Part shown: in pieces, positions 37,114 through 47,838 of the stretch
How the letters are laid out: each line of letters starts with the position of its first letter
How positions within the stretch are numbered: position 1 is the stretch's first letter
DNA from: Acidobacteriota bacterium
GTDB lineage: Bacteria; Acidobacteriota; Terriglobia; UBA7540
NCBI GenBank assembly: GCA_021828285.1
Contig: JAKASG010000001.1
Location: 27,326 to 91,325 of the forward strand
Reading direction: 5' to 3'
DNA length: 64,000 bases
Made by a program: the position numbers and the translations under genes
The notes under the pieces: model-generated
Told to the model about the DNA's origin: nothing
Seen by the model: the letters and a program-made list of their open reading frames with translations, nothing else
Database searches by the model: none

Positions 37114-37533
37114 TCAACTGGGTTTTGCTTCGGTGAGCGACTGGCGGATGTTATCGAGAACGCCGTTGATGAATTCGACCGAATCCTCGCTTGAATAAAT
37201 CCGGGCAATTTCCAGCGCCTCGTTGATGACCACCGCGGGCGGAGTTTCCGGACGATGCATCAGCTCAAAGAGCGCAATGCGAAGAACATTCCGATCCACG
37301 GCAGGCATGCGCGCAACTCGCCAGTGCTTCGAATGCCGCCCTATCGTCCGGTCGAGCGTTTCCACTTCAGCCACCGCGCCCACGAACAGGTCTTTGGCGA
37401 ACGCTTCGACTTCGGGATTGAGCTTCTTGGTCTGAAGCGTGTTGCGGAGCACATCGGCGGGTTCATGGCTGCCCACTTCCCATTGGAACAGCATCTGGAG
37501 CGCGAGCTCGCGAGCTTTTCTGCGCGATGCCAT
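37114..37533 (-). CDS. nusB: transcription antitermination factor NusB
   Basis: 139 aa: RRKARELALQMLFQWEV...DRNVLRIALFEL...VVINEALEIAR. Confidence 0.9.
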   Translation of the reverse strand: MASRRKARELALQMLFQWEVGSHEPADVLRNTLQTKKLNPEVEAFAKDLFVGAVAEVETLDRTIGRHSKHWRVARMPAVDRNVLRIALFELMHRPETPPAVVINEALEIARIYSSEDSVEFINGVLDNIRQSLTEAKPS

Positions 37534-37620
37534 CAGAAATCAGGCCTCAGCCTTTCGGCAAACAGTTCGCCCGCGGAAGTGAATCTTAGCGAGGGCATCG
37601 GCGTGGAGCAGCATGGAGGG

Positions 37621-38403
37621 TCATTTGCCGGCAAATTTTGCCTCGCGCTTCTCAAGAAATGCGCGAGTGCCTTCTTTCATATCCTCGGTCGCGCAACAAG
37701 CGCCGAAGAGCGCCGCTTCCAGAAATTCGCCGTCGGAATGGGAAAGGTCCGCGCCGTGGCGAACGGCTTCGAGCGCAAACTTGATGGCCAGCGGCGCATT
37801 GCTCAGGATCTTACGTGCCAGGGCTTCGGCCGCCGGCTTCAATTCATTCGCGGGAACGGCCTGATTGACCAGCCCAATGCGAAACGCCTCTTGCGCGTTG
37901 ATCGCCTCGCCGGTCAGGATGAGTTCGAGCGCTTTGCCTTCACCCACCAGACGCCGAAGCCGCTGCGTTCCCGCGTAACCCGGAATGATTCCCAGCTTAA
38001 CTTCGGGCTGTCCGAACATCGCGTTTTCGGAGGCGATGCGAAGCGTGCAGGCCATGGCCAGCTCGCATCCGCCGCCGAGCGCATATCCATTGACTGCGGC
38101 AATGACCGGCTTGCCGAGGTTCTCAATGAGGTCGAGAGTTCTCTGCCCGCGAATCGAAGTTTCCCGGCCGGAAATCGGAGATTGAACGGCCAGTTCGCCG
38201 ATGTCGGCGCCAGCTACAAAGGCTTTGTCGCCCGCGCCGGTCAGTATTGCAACGCGCGCTTCGGCGTCCGACGCAATTTCCCGGAAACAGGAATCCAGCT
38301 CTTCCATGACCCGCTGGTTCAGCGCATTCCGCTTTTCCGGGCGATTGACCGTCACCCAGACAATGCCTTCGCGTTTCTCGGCAAGCAACGTTTGATACGG
38401 CAT
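37621..38403 (-). CDS. enoyl-CoA hydratase (crotonase family)
   Basis: 260 aa with VTVNRPEKRNAL, FVAGADI, and NGYALGGGCELAMAC. Confidence 0.9.
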   Translation of the reverse strand: MPYQTLLAEKREGIVWVTVNRPEKRNALNQRVMEELDSCFREIASDAEARVAILTGAGDKAFVAGADIGELAVQSPISGRETSIRGQRTLDLIENLGKPVIAAVNGYALGGGCELAMACTLRIASENAMFGQPEVKLGIIPGYAGTQRLRRLVGEGKALELILTGEAINAQEAFRIGLVNQAVPANELKPAAEALARKILSNAPLAIKFALEAVRHGADLSHSDGEFLEAALFGACCATEDMKEGTRAFLEKREAKFAGK

Positions 38404-38519
38404 GATTTGACTCCGTTAACTCAGCCGCCGCAATGCTCGAAACCGCCGCTTGGCGGCGAATCCCCTTTTGCAGCGAATGCGTCGCGGAGAGTGCAGATCG
38501 CGCCCTCAAGCATCACAGA

Positions 38520-39419
38520 CTAAAGCAGCTCGTTGGGCCGGGGATTCTTCGGGTCCGTATAATCGTAAAATCCCTTGCCCGTTTTGCGTCCGTAGAGCCC
38601 CGCCATCACCATCCTCTTCATCAGCGGCGGCGGCGCAAATCGTTTTTCCCGATATTCGGTGAACAGGATTTCGGCGATGTAATAGGTGGTATCAATCCCC
38701 ACAAAATCGAGCAGCGTAAAAGGACCCATCGGATGATTGCAGCCGAGCTTCATTCCGGCGTCAATGTCTTCAATGCTGCCGAAGCCTTCTTCAAGCGCAC
38801 GGACAGCGTCGAGCAGGTAAGGAACCAGCAAGCGATTGACGATAAATCCTGCTCGGTCGGAAGTGAGGATAGGTGATTTCCCCAGGCGCTTCCCGAACGC
38901 GAGGCCTTCCTCGACGGCGCCGGGATCGGTCGCCACGGTTTTCACCACTTCGACAAGCTTCATCAAAGGCACGGGATTGAAGAAGTGCAAACCGAGAAAC
39001 CGCGGGGCGCGGCGGGTCGCGGTCATCAGCTCGGTAATCGAAAGCGAGGACGTGTTGCTTGCAAAAACCGCTTCGGGCTTTACGATTTTGTCCAATTCTG
39101 AAAAGAGGATTCGCTTTTTCTCGAGGTTTTCGATGACCGCCTCAATCACCAAATCGCAATCGGCGAAGTCATTGAGCCGCAGGGTGGGCTTCAGCCGGGC
39201 GAGCGTTTGAGTCTTGTCGCCGGCGGGAAGCTGCCCCTTCTCCACGAATTTGCCGAGCGATTTCTCAATGGATGCCATCCCGCGATCGAGCAGGTCCTGC
39301 GAAACTTCGCGCACCACGGTCGGAAATCCTGCCATTGCTGAAACCTGAGCGATGCCCGAACCCATCAGTCCGCAACCCACGACTCCCACTCTTTCAATGG
39401 TCATGATTCTTGTCCTCAA
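38520..39419 (-). CDS. 3-hydroxyacyl/3-hydroxybutyryl-CoA dehydrogenase
   Basis: 299 aa with the Rossmann motif VGVVGCGLMGSGIAQ, NTSSLSI, and HFFNPVP. Confidence 0.9.
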   Translation of the reverse strand: MRTRIMTIERVGVVGCGLMGSGIAQVSAMAGFPTVVREVSQDLLDRGMASIEKSLGKFVEKGQLPAGDKTQTLARLKPTLRLNDFADCDLVIEAVIENLEKKRILFSELDKIVKPEAVFASNTSSLSITELMTATRRAPRFLGLHFFNPVPLMKLVEVVKTVATDPGAVEEGLAFGKRLGKSPILTSDRAGFIVNRLLVPYLLDAVRALEEGFGSIEDIDAGMKLGCNHPMGPFTLLDFVGIDTTYYIAEILFTEYREKRFAPPPLMKRMVMAGLYGRKTGKGFYDYTDPKNPRPNELL

Positions 39420-39544
39420 TCAGCCTTGCGACGTATCCGGATAAAAGGCCCGCGCGGACTGTCCCGAATCGCCGCTCATCCAGCCGCCGGGCCGCGGCAA
39501 CCCCCAAGGATTCAGCTTCGCCGCCCCAGCTCCGGACCGGCGCC

Positions 39545-42088
39545 TTATTCTTCAAACGGCGAGACGACGATCTGCTTGCCGCCCTGTTTTCTCGCTTGCT
39601 CGATGGCCGCTTGCAGGCGGTTGATGACTTCCGTGGTTCCGTCCGCGGCGTCAAATGAAGGCTCGACGTGAAGGTCGCAGATCGCCGAGCAGAAACCCGC
39701 AGGCTCCATCCGGTCGGGCTTGATATCCATGAGGACGCGGCGCAGTTTTTCGACGGCCAGGGCGCCTTGCGCGAGTGCCGTTCCGGGAAAAAGCACGGCG
39801 ACCGAAACCGGGGTATAGCGGATCGCAATGTCATTCTGACGCAGGTTCGCGCTGATCGCTTTGCCGATCTGCTGGACGTATTTCTGCATTCCCGCATCGC
39901 CCAAAGTTTTGCTGACGCCCGCCGCATTCTCCGGCTCGATGATGCAGACCGCAACCGGCTGCGACTGTTCCCGGGCCCGTTGAGCTTCGGCAAGAAGACA
40001 ATCCACGTAGGAGCCGCGCGGCAGCAATCCGGTTTCAGGGTCGGTGCTCGCAAGCGAGCGAACCAGGCGGCGCAGCCGGGTGTTATTGACGGCGACGATG
40101 ATCTGCGGCGCAACCGTCCTCAGCAGAATCACGTCGCCCTGCGACCACCGCCGTTGCGAATCGCACTGCTGAATCAGCAGCAATCCCGCAGGCTCTTCCT
40201 TATCCGTCAGCGGCAGCGCCAGGAGGGACAAGGCATCAATCTTTTCGATCTCGCCCGCCACGGTGCTGAGCGCCGGCTCCAGATTGACGTCATCAATCAG
40301 CCAGCCGTCGCGCCTCGACGCAGCTTGCTTCATCAAAGCGCCGAATATTCGGAAGAGCGCCGGCGCATGCGCGGGCTGCGTCGAGGCGTCGCAGTATTCC
40401 GCGAAGAGCACCGGCGGGAGACCCGGCGTTCCCAGCGCCCCCCAGCATCGGTTCGCGCGAAGCGCCCGGCCCAGTTCATTCATGGCTGCTTGCATCACTC
40501 CTTCGGCGGTTCCCTCCCGGTAGATATTGGCCGTGATGCTCGAAATCCGCGATAGTTCTTCAATCGTCTGGGTTGTTTCGGTCGGCCGCGCAGCTTGTGC
40601 CGGCTTGGGAGCGGCCGGATCGGCGGTTTTTGCGGTTGGCGGAGGCGCGTGTTTGGGAACGTATCCGGCGGTGTCGTATAGCTGCTGCAGCCGCGGATTC
40701 CGTTCCTGCGCTCCCGGATAGAGCTCGTCGATTTTTTCGAGCGTGTCTTTCAGCCTTGCTGAGAGCTGATAGCGATAAAACATTTCGGCTTCGACAATCA
40801 GCTCTTCGAGGGCCGTCTGTTTCGGAGAGGCCGCAGCGCCCGGCGCGTCCGCACCTTGTTCTGAGCGCACACCCGCAAAAGGCTCAACCCGATCGGCGAT
40901 GTTTTTGTACCAGGTCCCGTCAATGTGGCCTTCGAGGTTCAAAAGGCGGTCGCGATGGCCAGAGCCGTAAGGATCAACGTCGAGGATCCGCTCGAAGATT
41001 TCCGCGGCTCTGTCGTAATGTTCCGCTGCCAGGTTCAGGCTGAAAAGCCGCGCCAGCGAACGGCGCAGCGGGTCCTCTCGATTCATCTCGTTATAAAGCT
41101 CAGAGAGCATTTCCAATACCGCGAGGTTCGATTCATCCCGCTCGTAAATCTCTTCGATGAGCTTCAGGAATTCACTGCGCTTACCCTGCTGCATCATCGA
41201 AGACTTCAATTCCCCGGCAACAGCGAGAGCCTTCTCAGTTTCGCCGATACTGAGATAACCGCTGACGAGCTCTTGCAGTAGGTCGCCCGCTTCGGGCTGC
41301 ACCCGGAAAACCTTCCAGCAGACCGGTTCGGCCTGGGCATATTCCTTCGAGCCGAGCGAGGCGGAAGCCAGCAGGCGCAGCACTTCCGGATCATCCGGCT
41401 TTGCCTCAATCAGCGGCTTGAGCAGGGAAGCCGCTTCCGTATAGCGTTGTTTTTGTATCCGCACTTCCGCGGCAGCGAGGGAAGCCGTCTCGCTCGAAGG
41501 TTCGAGGGCGTAAGCGCGCTCAGCGAGGTCGGCCCAGCGCTCATTGGCATTCTGTGCGCGCGCCAGTTTCGCCGCTTGGAGAAACGCCGGCGCTGCGATT
41601 TTTGGCTGGCCTTGCCTGGCGGACTCCTCGGCGAGCGCCACTTGCGCTTCGAGATCCCCCGGCTCGAGCCGCGCAATGTGCTCGAGACATTCGAGCATGG
41701 GAGCCGCGGCCTGGTTCCGGCGGTAAAGAGCCAGGGCCGCGCGGAATGCTTCAGCCGCTTCGCCGGTCTTCTGGGTTTTTTCCAGCATCAGGGCAAGCTT
41801 CATCTGGACTCCCGCATCCTGCGGGGTGATCTTCAGCACTTTGCGGCATGCGCTGATGGCTCGCACCGCGTCATTCCGGCGGACGTAGAATTCGACCAGA
41901 ATGCCGTAATAGCGCTCAGCATCAGAGGGGCGATTCAGTTTCAGTGCGAGATCGCCGAGAGTCAGGAGAACGTCGCTATTCTGCGGGTCAAATTTATACA
42001 CTTCCTGGTAGGCCGAAAAAGCAGCGTCAAAGCGCTGCTTTTGCAGATACTTTTCGGCTTTTTCAACCAGTTTTTCGATGTCCGGCAT
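39545..42088 (-). CDS. TPR - GAF - degenerate GGDEF multidomain signalling protein
   Basis: The start is taken at MPDIEKLVEKAEKYL (ATG 42088), because the track extension to 42448 overlaps lepA. It has long TPR arrays, a GAF-like region, and a C-terminal GGDEF-fold in which VSVAVLFPGT replaces the GG(D/E)EF signature. Confidence 0.7.
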   Translation of the reverse strand: MPDIEKLVEKAEKYLQKQRFDAAFSAYQEVYKFDPQNSDVLLTLGDLALKLNRPSDAERYYGILVEFYVRRNDAVRAISACRKVLKITPQDAGVQMKLALMLEKTQKTGEAAEAFRAALALYRRNQAAAPMLECLEHIARLEPGDLEAQVALAEESARQGQPKIAAPAFLQAAKLARAQNANERWADLAERAYALEPSSETASLAAAEVRIQKQRYTEAASLLKPLIEAKPDDPEVLRLLASASLGSKEYAQAEPVCWKVFRVQPEAGDLLQELVSGYLSIGETEKALAVAGELKSSMMQQGKRSEFLKLIEEIYERDESNLAVLEMLSELYNEMNREDPLRRSLARLFSLNLAAEHYDRAAEIFERILDVDPYGSGHRDRLLNLEGHIDGTWYKNIADRVEPFAGVRSEQGADAPGAAASPKQTALEELIVEAEMFYRYQLSARLKDTLEKIDELYPGAQERNPRLQQLYDTAGYVPKHAPPPTAKTADPAAPKPAQAARPTETTQTIEELSRISSITANIYREGTAEGVMQAAMNELGRALRANRCWGALGTPGLPPVLFAEYCDASTQPAHAPALFRIFGALMKQAASRRDGWLIDDVNLEPALSTVAGEIEKIDALSLLALPLTDKEEPAGLLLIQQCDSQRRWSQGDVILLRTVAPQIIVAVNNTRLRRLVRSLASTDPETGLLPRGSYVDCLLAEAQRAREQSQPVAVCIIEPENAAGVSKTLGDAGMQKYVQQIGKAISANLRQNDIAIRYTPVSVAVLFPGTALAQGALAVEKLRRVLMDIKPDRMEPAGFCSAICDLHVEPSFDAADGTTEVINRLQAAIEQARKQGGKQIVVSPFEE

Positions 42089-42275
42089 CGGCGAAGTGTG
42101 AAGCTCCTCGCAGCAGCCTTTGCCCGGCTGGGGAAATTGACAGAATAGACCCCTTTTGTTAGATTTGCAAAGGGTTTGAATTCGCCTCCCGCGAACGCGC
42201 GCCTTTGCCCGCCTGGCTCCTGGAGCCGACCCTGCGGCCGAAGCACCCCTTGGCGCGGGGGTCTCCGGAAGACCA

Positions 42276-44078
42276 ATGACTTCAGGGTTGAACATCCGAA
42301 ATTTCTCGATTGTCGCCCACATTGACCATGGCAAATCCACTTTGGCCGACCGGCTTCTCGAGAGGACCGGAGCGCTTTCCAAGCGCGAAATGTCCGCACA
42401 AGTTCTCGATTCCATGGATCTCGAGCGGGAGCGCGGGATCACCATCAAGGCCCATGCCGTTCGCCTGCTTTATGAAGCCCGCGACGGCCAGACCTATCAA
42501 TTGAACCTCATCGACACCCCTGGCCATGTGGACTTCAGTTACGAAGTTTCGCGCAGCCTTTCTGCTTGTGAAGGAGCGCTGCTGGTGATTGACGCTTCGC
42601 AGGGCGTTGAGGCGCAGACGATCGCCAACGCTCAGCTCGCCATGAACAACCACCTCACCATCATTCCGGTCATCAACAAAATCGATTTGCCGGGCGCCGA
42701 CGTTGAAGCGACCAAGCAGCAGATTGAGCATGCTCTGGCGCTCGATCCCTCGGAAGCGTTGCTCATCAGCGCCAAACAGGGGACAGGCATTGATGCGGTC
42801 CTCGAAGCCGTGGTTGAGAGAGTTCCTCCGCCGCGCGGCACCGAGGAGGCGCCCCTTCGCGCCCTGATTTTCGATTCCTGGTTCGACGCCTATCGCGGGG
42901 TCGTCGTCCTTGCGCGCGTGGTTGAGGGAACGATGAATGTGGGGACGAAAATGCGCCTCTGGGCGAATGGCCAGGTTTACACCGTCGAAGAACTCGGCGT
43001 GCTCACGCCGAAGCCGATGCGCGTCGAATCGCTGCGCGCGGGCGAAGTCGGCTTTCTCATCGCCAACATCAAGCGCGTGGCCGACACCCGCATCGGTGAC
43101 ACCCTCACGGACGATGAGCGTCCGGCGGCCGCGCCGCTTCCGGGTTTTGAAGAAACCAAGGCCATGGTTTTCGCCGGGCTTTATCCCGTTGAAGCGAACG
43201 CCTATGGCATGCTGCGCGACGCGCTTGAAAAACTTCGCCTGAATGACGCTTCTTTCTTTTACGAGCCGGAAAATTCCGCGGCTCTCGGCTTCGGCTTCCG
43301 CTGCGGCTTCCTCGGCTTGCTCCACATGGAAATCATTCAGGAGCGGCTCGAACGGGAGTTCAATCTCGAGCTGATTACCACGGCCCCGGGCGTCCGCTAT
43401 CGCGTCGCAACCAAAGACGGCGAGGTGCTCGAGGTCAATAATCCCGCCCGATTTCCCGCGCCCACGGAGATCGCCCGCATTGAAGAGCCCGTGATTCGCG
43501 CGCTCATTCTGACGCCGGACGAATACCTTGGCGGCATCTTGAAACTCGTCGAGGAAAAACGTGGCACGCAAAAGGGTTTCGAGTATGTCTCCCCGAAGCG
43601 CGTCCTGCTCACCTATGAGCTTCCGCTCAATGAAATCGTGCTCGATTTTTATGATCGCCTCAAGTCCGTTTCCCGCGGCTACGCGTCTTTGGATTACCAT
43701 CTTGCCGGCTACTGGGAGTCCGACCTTGTGAAAGTGGACTTGCTCGTCGCAGGCGAGCCGGTGGACGCGCTTTCCTTCATTTGCCATCGCGAGCAAGCCT
43801 ACGCGCGCGCCCGCTCGCTTTGCGAGAAGATGCGCAAGCTGATTCCTCGCCAGCTTTTTGAAGTCGCCATTCAGGCGAGCATCGGCTCGAAAATCATTGC
43901 GCGCGAAAATGTGGCCGCCATTCGCAAGAACGTTCTCGCCAAATGCTATGGCGGCGACATCACGCGCAAGCGCAAGCTCCTCGAAAAACAGAAGGAAGGC
44001 AAGCGGCGCATGAAGCGCGTCGGCAAGGTGGATATCCCCCAAGAGGCTTTTCTCGCGGTCCTCAAGGTGTCTGAATGA
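42276..44078 (+). CDS. lepA: translation elongation factor 4 (LepA)
   Basis: 600 aa: [33 protein letters not shown], and the LepA C-terminal domain. Confidence 0.95.
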   Translation: MTSGLNIRNFSIVAHIDHGKSTLADRLLERTGALSKREMSAQVLDSMDLERERGITIKAHAVRLLYEARDGQTYQLNLIDTPGHVDFSYEVSRSLSACEGALLVIDASQGVEAQTIANAQLAMNNHLTIIPVINKIDLPGADVEATKQQIEHALALDPSEALLISAKQGTGIDAVLEAVVERVPPPRGTEEAPLRALIFDSWFDAYRGVVVLARVVEGTMNVGTKMRLWANGQVYTVEELGVLTPKPMRVESLRAGEVGFLIANIKRVADTRIGDTLTDDERPAAAPLPGFEETKAMVFAGLYPVEANAYGMLRDALEKLRLNDASFFYEPENSAALGFGFRCGFLGLLHMEIIQERLEREFNLELITTAPGVRYRVATKDGEVLEVNNPARFPAPTEIARIEEPVIRALILTPDEYLGGILKLVEEKRGTQKGFEYVSPKRVLLTYELPLNEIVLDFYDRLKSVSRGYASLDYHLAGYWESDLVKVDLLVAGEPVDALSFICHREQAYARARSLCEKMRKLIPRQLFEVAIQASIGSKIIARENVAAIRKNVLAKCYGGDITRKRKLLEKQKEGKRRMKRVGKVDIPQEAFLAVLKVSE

Positions 44079-44974
44079 CGTCGCATCCGCCGATGATGAG
44101 GGTCTTCATCGGTCCGAAAGGCGTGAGGGCCGGATGGCGGTTGCTGGCGTTTCTCGGCATCGCCGCAATTCCCACTTACCTCCTGATTGGCATTCAGCAC
44201 CGCATTATCCCTGCTTCGCTACAGGGCATTCCTTTCATTGGCGCGATGATTCTTGGGGAAAGTCTGCTCCTCGTCGCCGTCTTTTTTGCCTCGGGGCTTA
44301 TGGCGCGCATTGAGAGCCGGAGCTTTGCCGAGTTCGGCCTGCCGCTGCGGCAAGCCTTCGGCACGCGATTCTGGCAGGGAGCGCTCTGGGGATTTCTCGC
44401 ATTGACGCTCCTGCTGCTCGCGATTCACGCCGGCGGAGGCTTCAGTTTCGGAGGGCTTGCTTTGCACGGCAGCGCGCTCGCCAAGTATGCGGCTGCGTGG
44501 GCTTTGTTTTTCCTCGTTGTGGGATGCTTTGAAGAGTTTCTGATGCGCGGTTACGCGCTGTTCACGCTCTCGACGGGCATCGGCTTCTGGCGGGCGGCCT
44601 TGCTGGTCTCCGTGATTTTTGGCGCCATTCATATCAGCAACCGCGGCGAGTCGTGGTTCGGCGCGCTCAGCGCCGCGGCGATTTCTCTATTCTTCTGCCT
44701 CACGCTGCGCCGCACCGGCAGCCTGTGGTTCGCCATCGGATTCCACGCCATGTGGGATTATTCCGAGAGCTTCATTTATTCCGTGCCGGATAGCGGATTC
44801 AAGAGTCCGGGACATCTTCTGGCCTCCTCGCTGCACGGCCCGCATTGGCTCACCGGCGGTTCGGTCGGGCCGGAAGGAAGCTGGCTGGCTTTTATCCTGA
44901 TTGCGGGGCTCTTCGTGATCTTCTCCCGCCTCTGCCGCGAGGTTCGCTTCCCCTTGCCATCGCGTGAGTCCTGA
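44075..44974 (+). CDS. CPBP-family intramembrane glutamic protease (CAAX/Abi-like)
   Basis: 299 aa, polytopic, with [13 protein letters not shown], and HAMWD motifs. There is a 4-bp overlap with lepA. Confidence 0.8.
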   Translation: MTSHPPMMRVFIGPKGVRAGWRLLAFLGIAAIPTYLLIGIQHRIIPASLQGIPFIGAMILGESLLLVAVFFASGLMARIESRSFAEFGLPLRQAFGTRFWQGALWGFLALTLLLLAIHAGGGFSFGGLALHGSALAKYAAAWALFFLVVGCFEEFLMRGYALFTLSTGIGFWRAALLVSVIFGAIHISNRGESWFGALSAAAISLFFCLTLRRTGSLWFAIGFHAMWDYSESFIYSVPDSGFKSPGHLLASSLHGPHWLTGGSVGPEGSWLAFILIAGLFVIFSRLCREVRFPLPSRES

Positions 44975-45013
44975 CGCCTTTCAATCCGTGTTATCATTCA
45001 CGCGATCAACGCT

Positions 45014-45496
45014 ATGGATCTCAAAATCGTCAAAATCGAAAAGCCCGCCAGCATGAATTTTATCCTCGGCCAATCGCACTTCATCAAGACGGTCGAGGAC
45101 CTTTATGAAGCCGTCGTGCAGACCGTTCCCGGCATAACATTTGGCATCGGTTTTTGCGAGTCCTCCGGGCCGGCGCTCGTCCGCTGGGCAGGCAACGACC
45201 CAAAGCTCATCGAGCTGGCGCAGAGAAATGCGCTCGCGCTCGCCTGCGGCCATTCCTTCATCGTCTTCATGGAGGGCGGATTCCCCGTCAACATCCTCAA
45301 CACCGTCAAAAACGTTCCCGAAGTCTGCCAGATTTTCTGCGCCACGGCCAATCCCGTCGAAGTCCTCGTCGCCGAAACCGAACAAGGCCGCGGCATCCTC
45401 GGCGTCATTGACGGCGTGAAAACCAAAGGCCTCGAATCCGAAGCCGATATCAAGGGCCGCAAGGAATTCCTCCGCAAGATCGGCTATAAACTGTAG
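45014..45496 (+). CDS. adenosine-specific kinase family protein
   Basis: 160 aa: [34 protein letters not shown]...[18 protein letters not shown]. The call is by recollection of this small, mostly archaeal/bacterial family. Confidence 0.7.
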   Translation: MDLKIVKIEKPASMNFILGQSHFIKTVEDLYEAVVQTVPGITFGIGFCESSGPALVRWAGNDPKLIELAQRNALALACGHSFIVFMEGGFPVNILNTVKNVPEVCQIFCATANPVEVLVAETEQGRGILGVIDGVKTKGLESEADIKGRKEFLRKIGYKL

Positions 45497-45761
45497 CGTA
45501 GACTCGTGTCGGTCGCGGCCTGTGGCTCGTCCCTTACTAGTCCGCAACGTGAGGGGAGATAAGGCTGTCGTCGTCTGAGCCCCCGAGCCACTGGACGATT
45601 TCGGGTAGGCGGCGCCCAGCTTCAGCGAAGCCACCATACCATATGGCCACGCGGTGCGGGGCATCAACTCCGAACGCGCCCGCACGTGCACCGGGCCGTT
45701 ATCTGCTTCAGCCGCGGACAAGCGCAGACTTTCGCTCTTTAAGCTACGGCACTCCCTCGCG

Positions 45762-45962
45762 TCACGCGCGACGCGAGCCCCTCAGGAGGCGCGCGGGAAG
45801 CAGGATAATACCCTTGAGCAGTTCGAAGACGCCGGTGACGGCGATGCCAAGGATTCGAAAAGGAAGCAGGAGCAGCCAGATTAAGGGATAAAGGACGAGC
45901 GCGAGAATTGCGAGCGGCCAGCAAAGAACGAGGAGAATGCACCAAAGCAGAAATTTCGCCAT
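45762..45962 (-). CDS. hypothetical small two-TM membrane protein
   Basis: MAKFLLWCILLVLCWPLAILALVLYPLIWLLLLPFRILGIAVTGVF... is strongly hydrophobic, but no convincing SD is seen. Confidence 0.4.
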   Translation of the reverse strand: MAKFLLWCILLVLCWPLAILALVLYPLIWLLLLPFRILGIAVTGVFELLKGIILLPARLLRGSRRA

Positions 45963-46045
45963 AGCTCAGGCAAGGGCCTCCGCCTTGTTCTTACGCGGCG
46001 CCTGAAGAAAAGTTCCGCTGGCTCGAGCGAGGCCCGTCGTAGCGC

Positions 46046-47560
46046 TCAGAGCTTTTTTCTGCGGATTTCCGCGCCCAGCTCGCCGCGCGCGAGGCGCACG
46101 GAAATTTCATCGCCTTTTTCAACCTGTGCGGCGTCACGAACGATGCGTCCCTCGGCATCGCGCGTGATCGAATATCCTCGTCCGAGCACCGTCATGGGGC
46201 TGCGCTCGCCGAGCAGCGCCACCGAATACTTCAATCTCGCCTCGCAATCTGTCCAGCGCTTTTTGAATCCGGCGTCCAAACCGCGCGAGCGTTCGCCGAA
46301 CGCCGCCTGCTTGAGCTGAAGAAAGCGCGTGAAATCGAAGCGCACGACGCCCGCGGAACGCGCAAGCCAGCGCTCGCGGCTACGGCTCTGCGTTTCAGTT
46401 ACGAGGCGCGCGAGGTCGGCCACGCTGCGCTCGAGGCGCGATTTTTGCTGATCGAGCCGCGCTCGCCGCAACTCCACGAGCCGCCCCGGCTCGAAGCGCA
46501 TCAGGCGGCCGCTCATCGTCAGGAACGCTTCACGTTTGCGGCTGAGTTCTTGCGCGAACGCGCGCTCCATCTGCGCGAGTGCGTCATCCACGCGCTGCGC
46601 CCGCTCCGCGATGCGCGCCGGAAGCGTTTGGAACGCCCGATGATGCTGCAGGCCGGTGAGCCGTTCGCGCGTCTCAGAAACTTGCAGGCGCAGAGAATGC
46701 GCCAGGCGCCGCATACGGTTCTCAAGCTCGGAAATGAGTTCGTCTTTCGGACGGACAACCAGCTCCGCTGCGGCCGAAGGCGTCGGAGCGCGCAAGTCGG
46801 CGGCGAAATCGGCAAGCGTGAAATCCGTTTCGTGCCCGACGGCGGAAATAACCGGAACTTCAGACGCCGCAATCGCGCGCACCACCGTTTCCTCGTTGAA
46901 CGCCCACAGGTCTTCGACCGAGCCGCCTCCTCGCCCCACAATCAGTGCGCCGGCAAGAGGATGGCGGTTGAAATAGGCGATGCCTTCCGCGATCTCTTCC
47001 GCTGCGCCCTCGCCCTGCACTTTGACGGGATAAAGATAAATATCCATGTTGCGGAAACGCCGGTGAAGGACGCGGATGATATCGCGCACCGCGGCGCCGT
47101 GCGGCGAAGTCACGATGCCGACCGCGCGTGGAAGGGCAGGCAAGGGTTTCTTGCGCGCGGGATCGAACAGGCCTTCGCGCGCAAGTTTTTTCTTCAACTG
47201 CTCGAACGCCACCTGCAGCGCGCCCAAGCCCGCGGGCTCGAGATAATCCACGACGAGCTGATATTCGCCGCGCGCTTCGTAGGCGCTCAAGCGGCCGCGA
47301 GCAATCACCGCCAAGCCGTCCGCGGGCTTGAACTTCAGGTAGCGCGCCTGGTTGCGAAAGCAAACCGCGCGAAGCTGCGCCGATTCGTCCTTGAGGGTGA
47401 AATAGAGATGCCCCGATCCCGCTCCGCGAAAATTCGAAATTTCGCCCGTCACCCAAACGTCGGGAAATTTGCCTTCGAGCAGCGCTTTGATCCCTGCGCT
47501 CAGCTCGGCGACCGTATAAATCTTTCGCTCGGGAATGAGATTAAGCGGAATTTGACTCAT
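46046..47560 (-). CDS. xseA: exodeoxyribonuclease VII large subunit
   Basis: MSQIPLNLIPERKIYTVAELS...VWVTGEISNF (OB fold), GRGGGS, and a coiled-coil C-terminus. The start at 47560 gives a 4-bp overlap with the upstream DUF2905 gene. Confidence 0.9.
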   Translation of the reverse strand: MSQIPLNLIPERKIYTVAELSAGIKALLEGKFPDVWVTGEISNFRGAGSGHLYFTLKDESAQLRAVCFRNQARYLKFKPADGLAVIARGRLSAYEARGEYQLVVDYLEPAGLGALQVAFEQLKKKLAREGLFDPARKKPLPALPRAVGIVTSPHGAAVRDIIRVLHRRFRNMDIYLYPVKVQGEGAAEEIAEGIAYFNRHPLAGALIVGRGGGSVEDLWAFNEETVVRAIAASEVPVISAVGHETDFTLADFAADLRAPTPSAAAELVVRPKDELISELENRMRRLAHSLRLQVSETRERLTGLQHHRAFQTLPARIAERAQRVDDALAQMERAFAQELSRKREAFLTMSGRLMRFEPGRLVELRRARLDQQKSRLERSVADLARLVTETQSRSRERWLARSAGVVRFDFTRFLQLKQAAFGERSRGLDAGFKKRWTDCEARLKYSVALLGERSPMTVLGRGYSITRDAEGRIVRDAAQVEKGDEISVRLARGELGAEIRRKKL

Positions 47561-47802
47561 TTTCGCGTCAGCAGTGACACGACCCACCACGCGAGCGTCA
47601 GCGCCGCGCTCAAAATCAGGCAACTGACAATTGGAAAGTAAAACGCGCCGTGCTTTCCTTTATAGACGATGTCACCCGGCAGGCGGCCGAACCCGAAAAA
47701 GGAAAATCGCGCGCCCGCCATCAGCAGGATTCCAAGCGCGATAAAGAAGAATCCAGCAAAAACCAGTATTTTGCCAATCTGCATCACCGGCCCGCCGGTC
47801 AT
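47557..47802 (-). CDS. DUF2905 family small membrane protein
   Basis: 81 aa: ...FGRLPGDIVYKGKHGAFYFPIVSCLILSAALTL. Confidence 0.7.
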   Translation of the reverse strand: MTGGPVMQIGKILVFAGFFFIALGILLMAGARFSFFGFGRLPGDIVYKGKHGAFYFPIVSCLILSAALTLAWWVVSLLTRK

Positions 47803-47838
47803 AAGATCATTTTACCGCCGCCGCGCGTGGCGGGAGCA

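Noticed and set aside
42089-42448. A 120-codon N-terminal extension of the TPR-GAF-GGDEF ORF.
   Set aside because: The extension is Arg/Ser/Pro-rich low-complexity sequence and overlaps the well-supported lepA start on the opposite strand. The TPR domain begins cleanly at MPDIEKL (42088).
42282-44042. A 586-aa antisense ORF opposite lepA. Similar long antisense or shadow ORFs include 6402..7463 (+), 49386..50591 (+), 46445..47641 (+), 4381..5550 (-), 13449..14684 (-), 11994..13091 (-) and 37255..38523 (+).
   Set aside because: These are typical stop-codon-poor shadow frames of high-GC DNA. Their products are Arg/Ala/Gly-rich with no recognisable motifs, while the opposite strand encodes unmistakable conserved proteins.
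45560-45600. The CGAGCCACTGG motif is reminiscent of the B12-box region of cobalamin riboswitches.
   Set aside because: Other conserved cobalamin-riboswitch blocks are not present, and no downstream gene exists in either orientation (the spacer is convergent).
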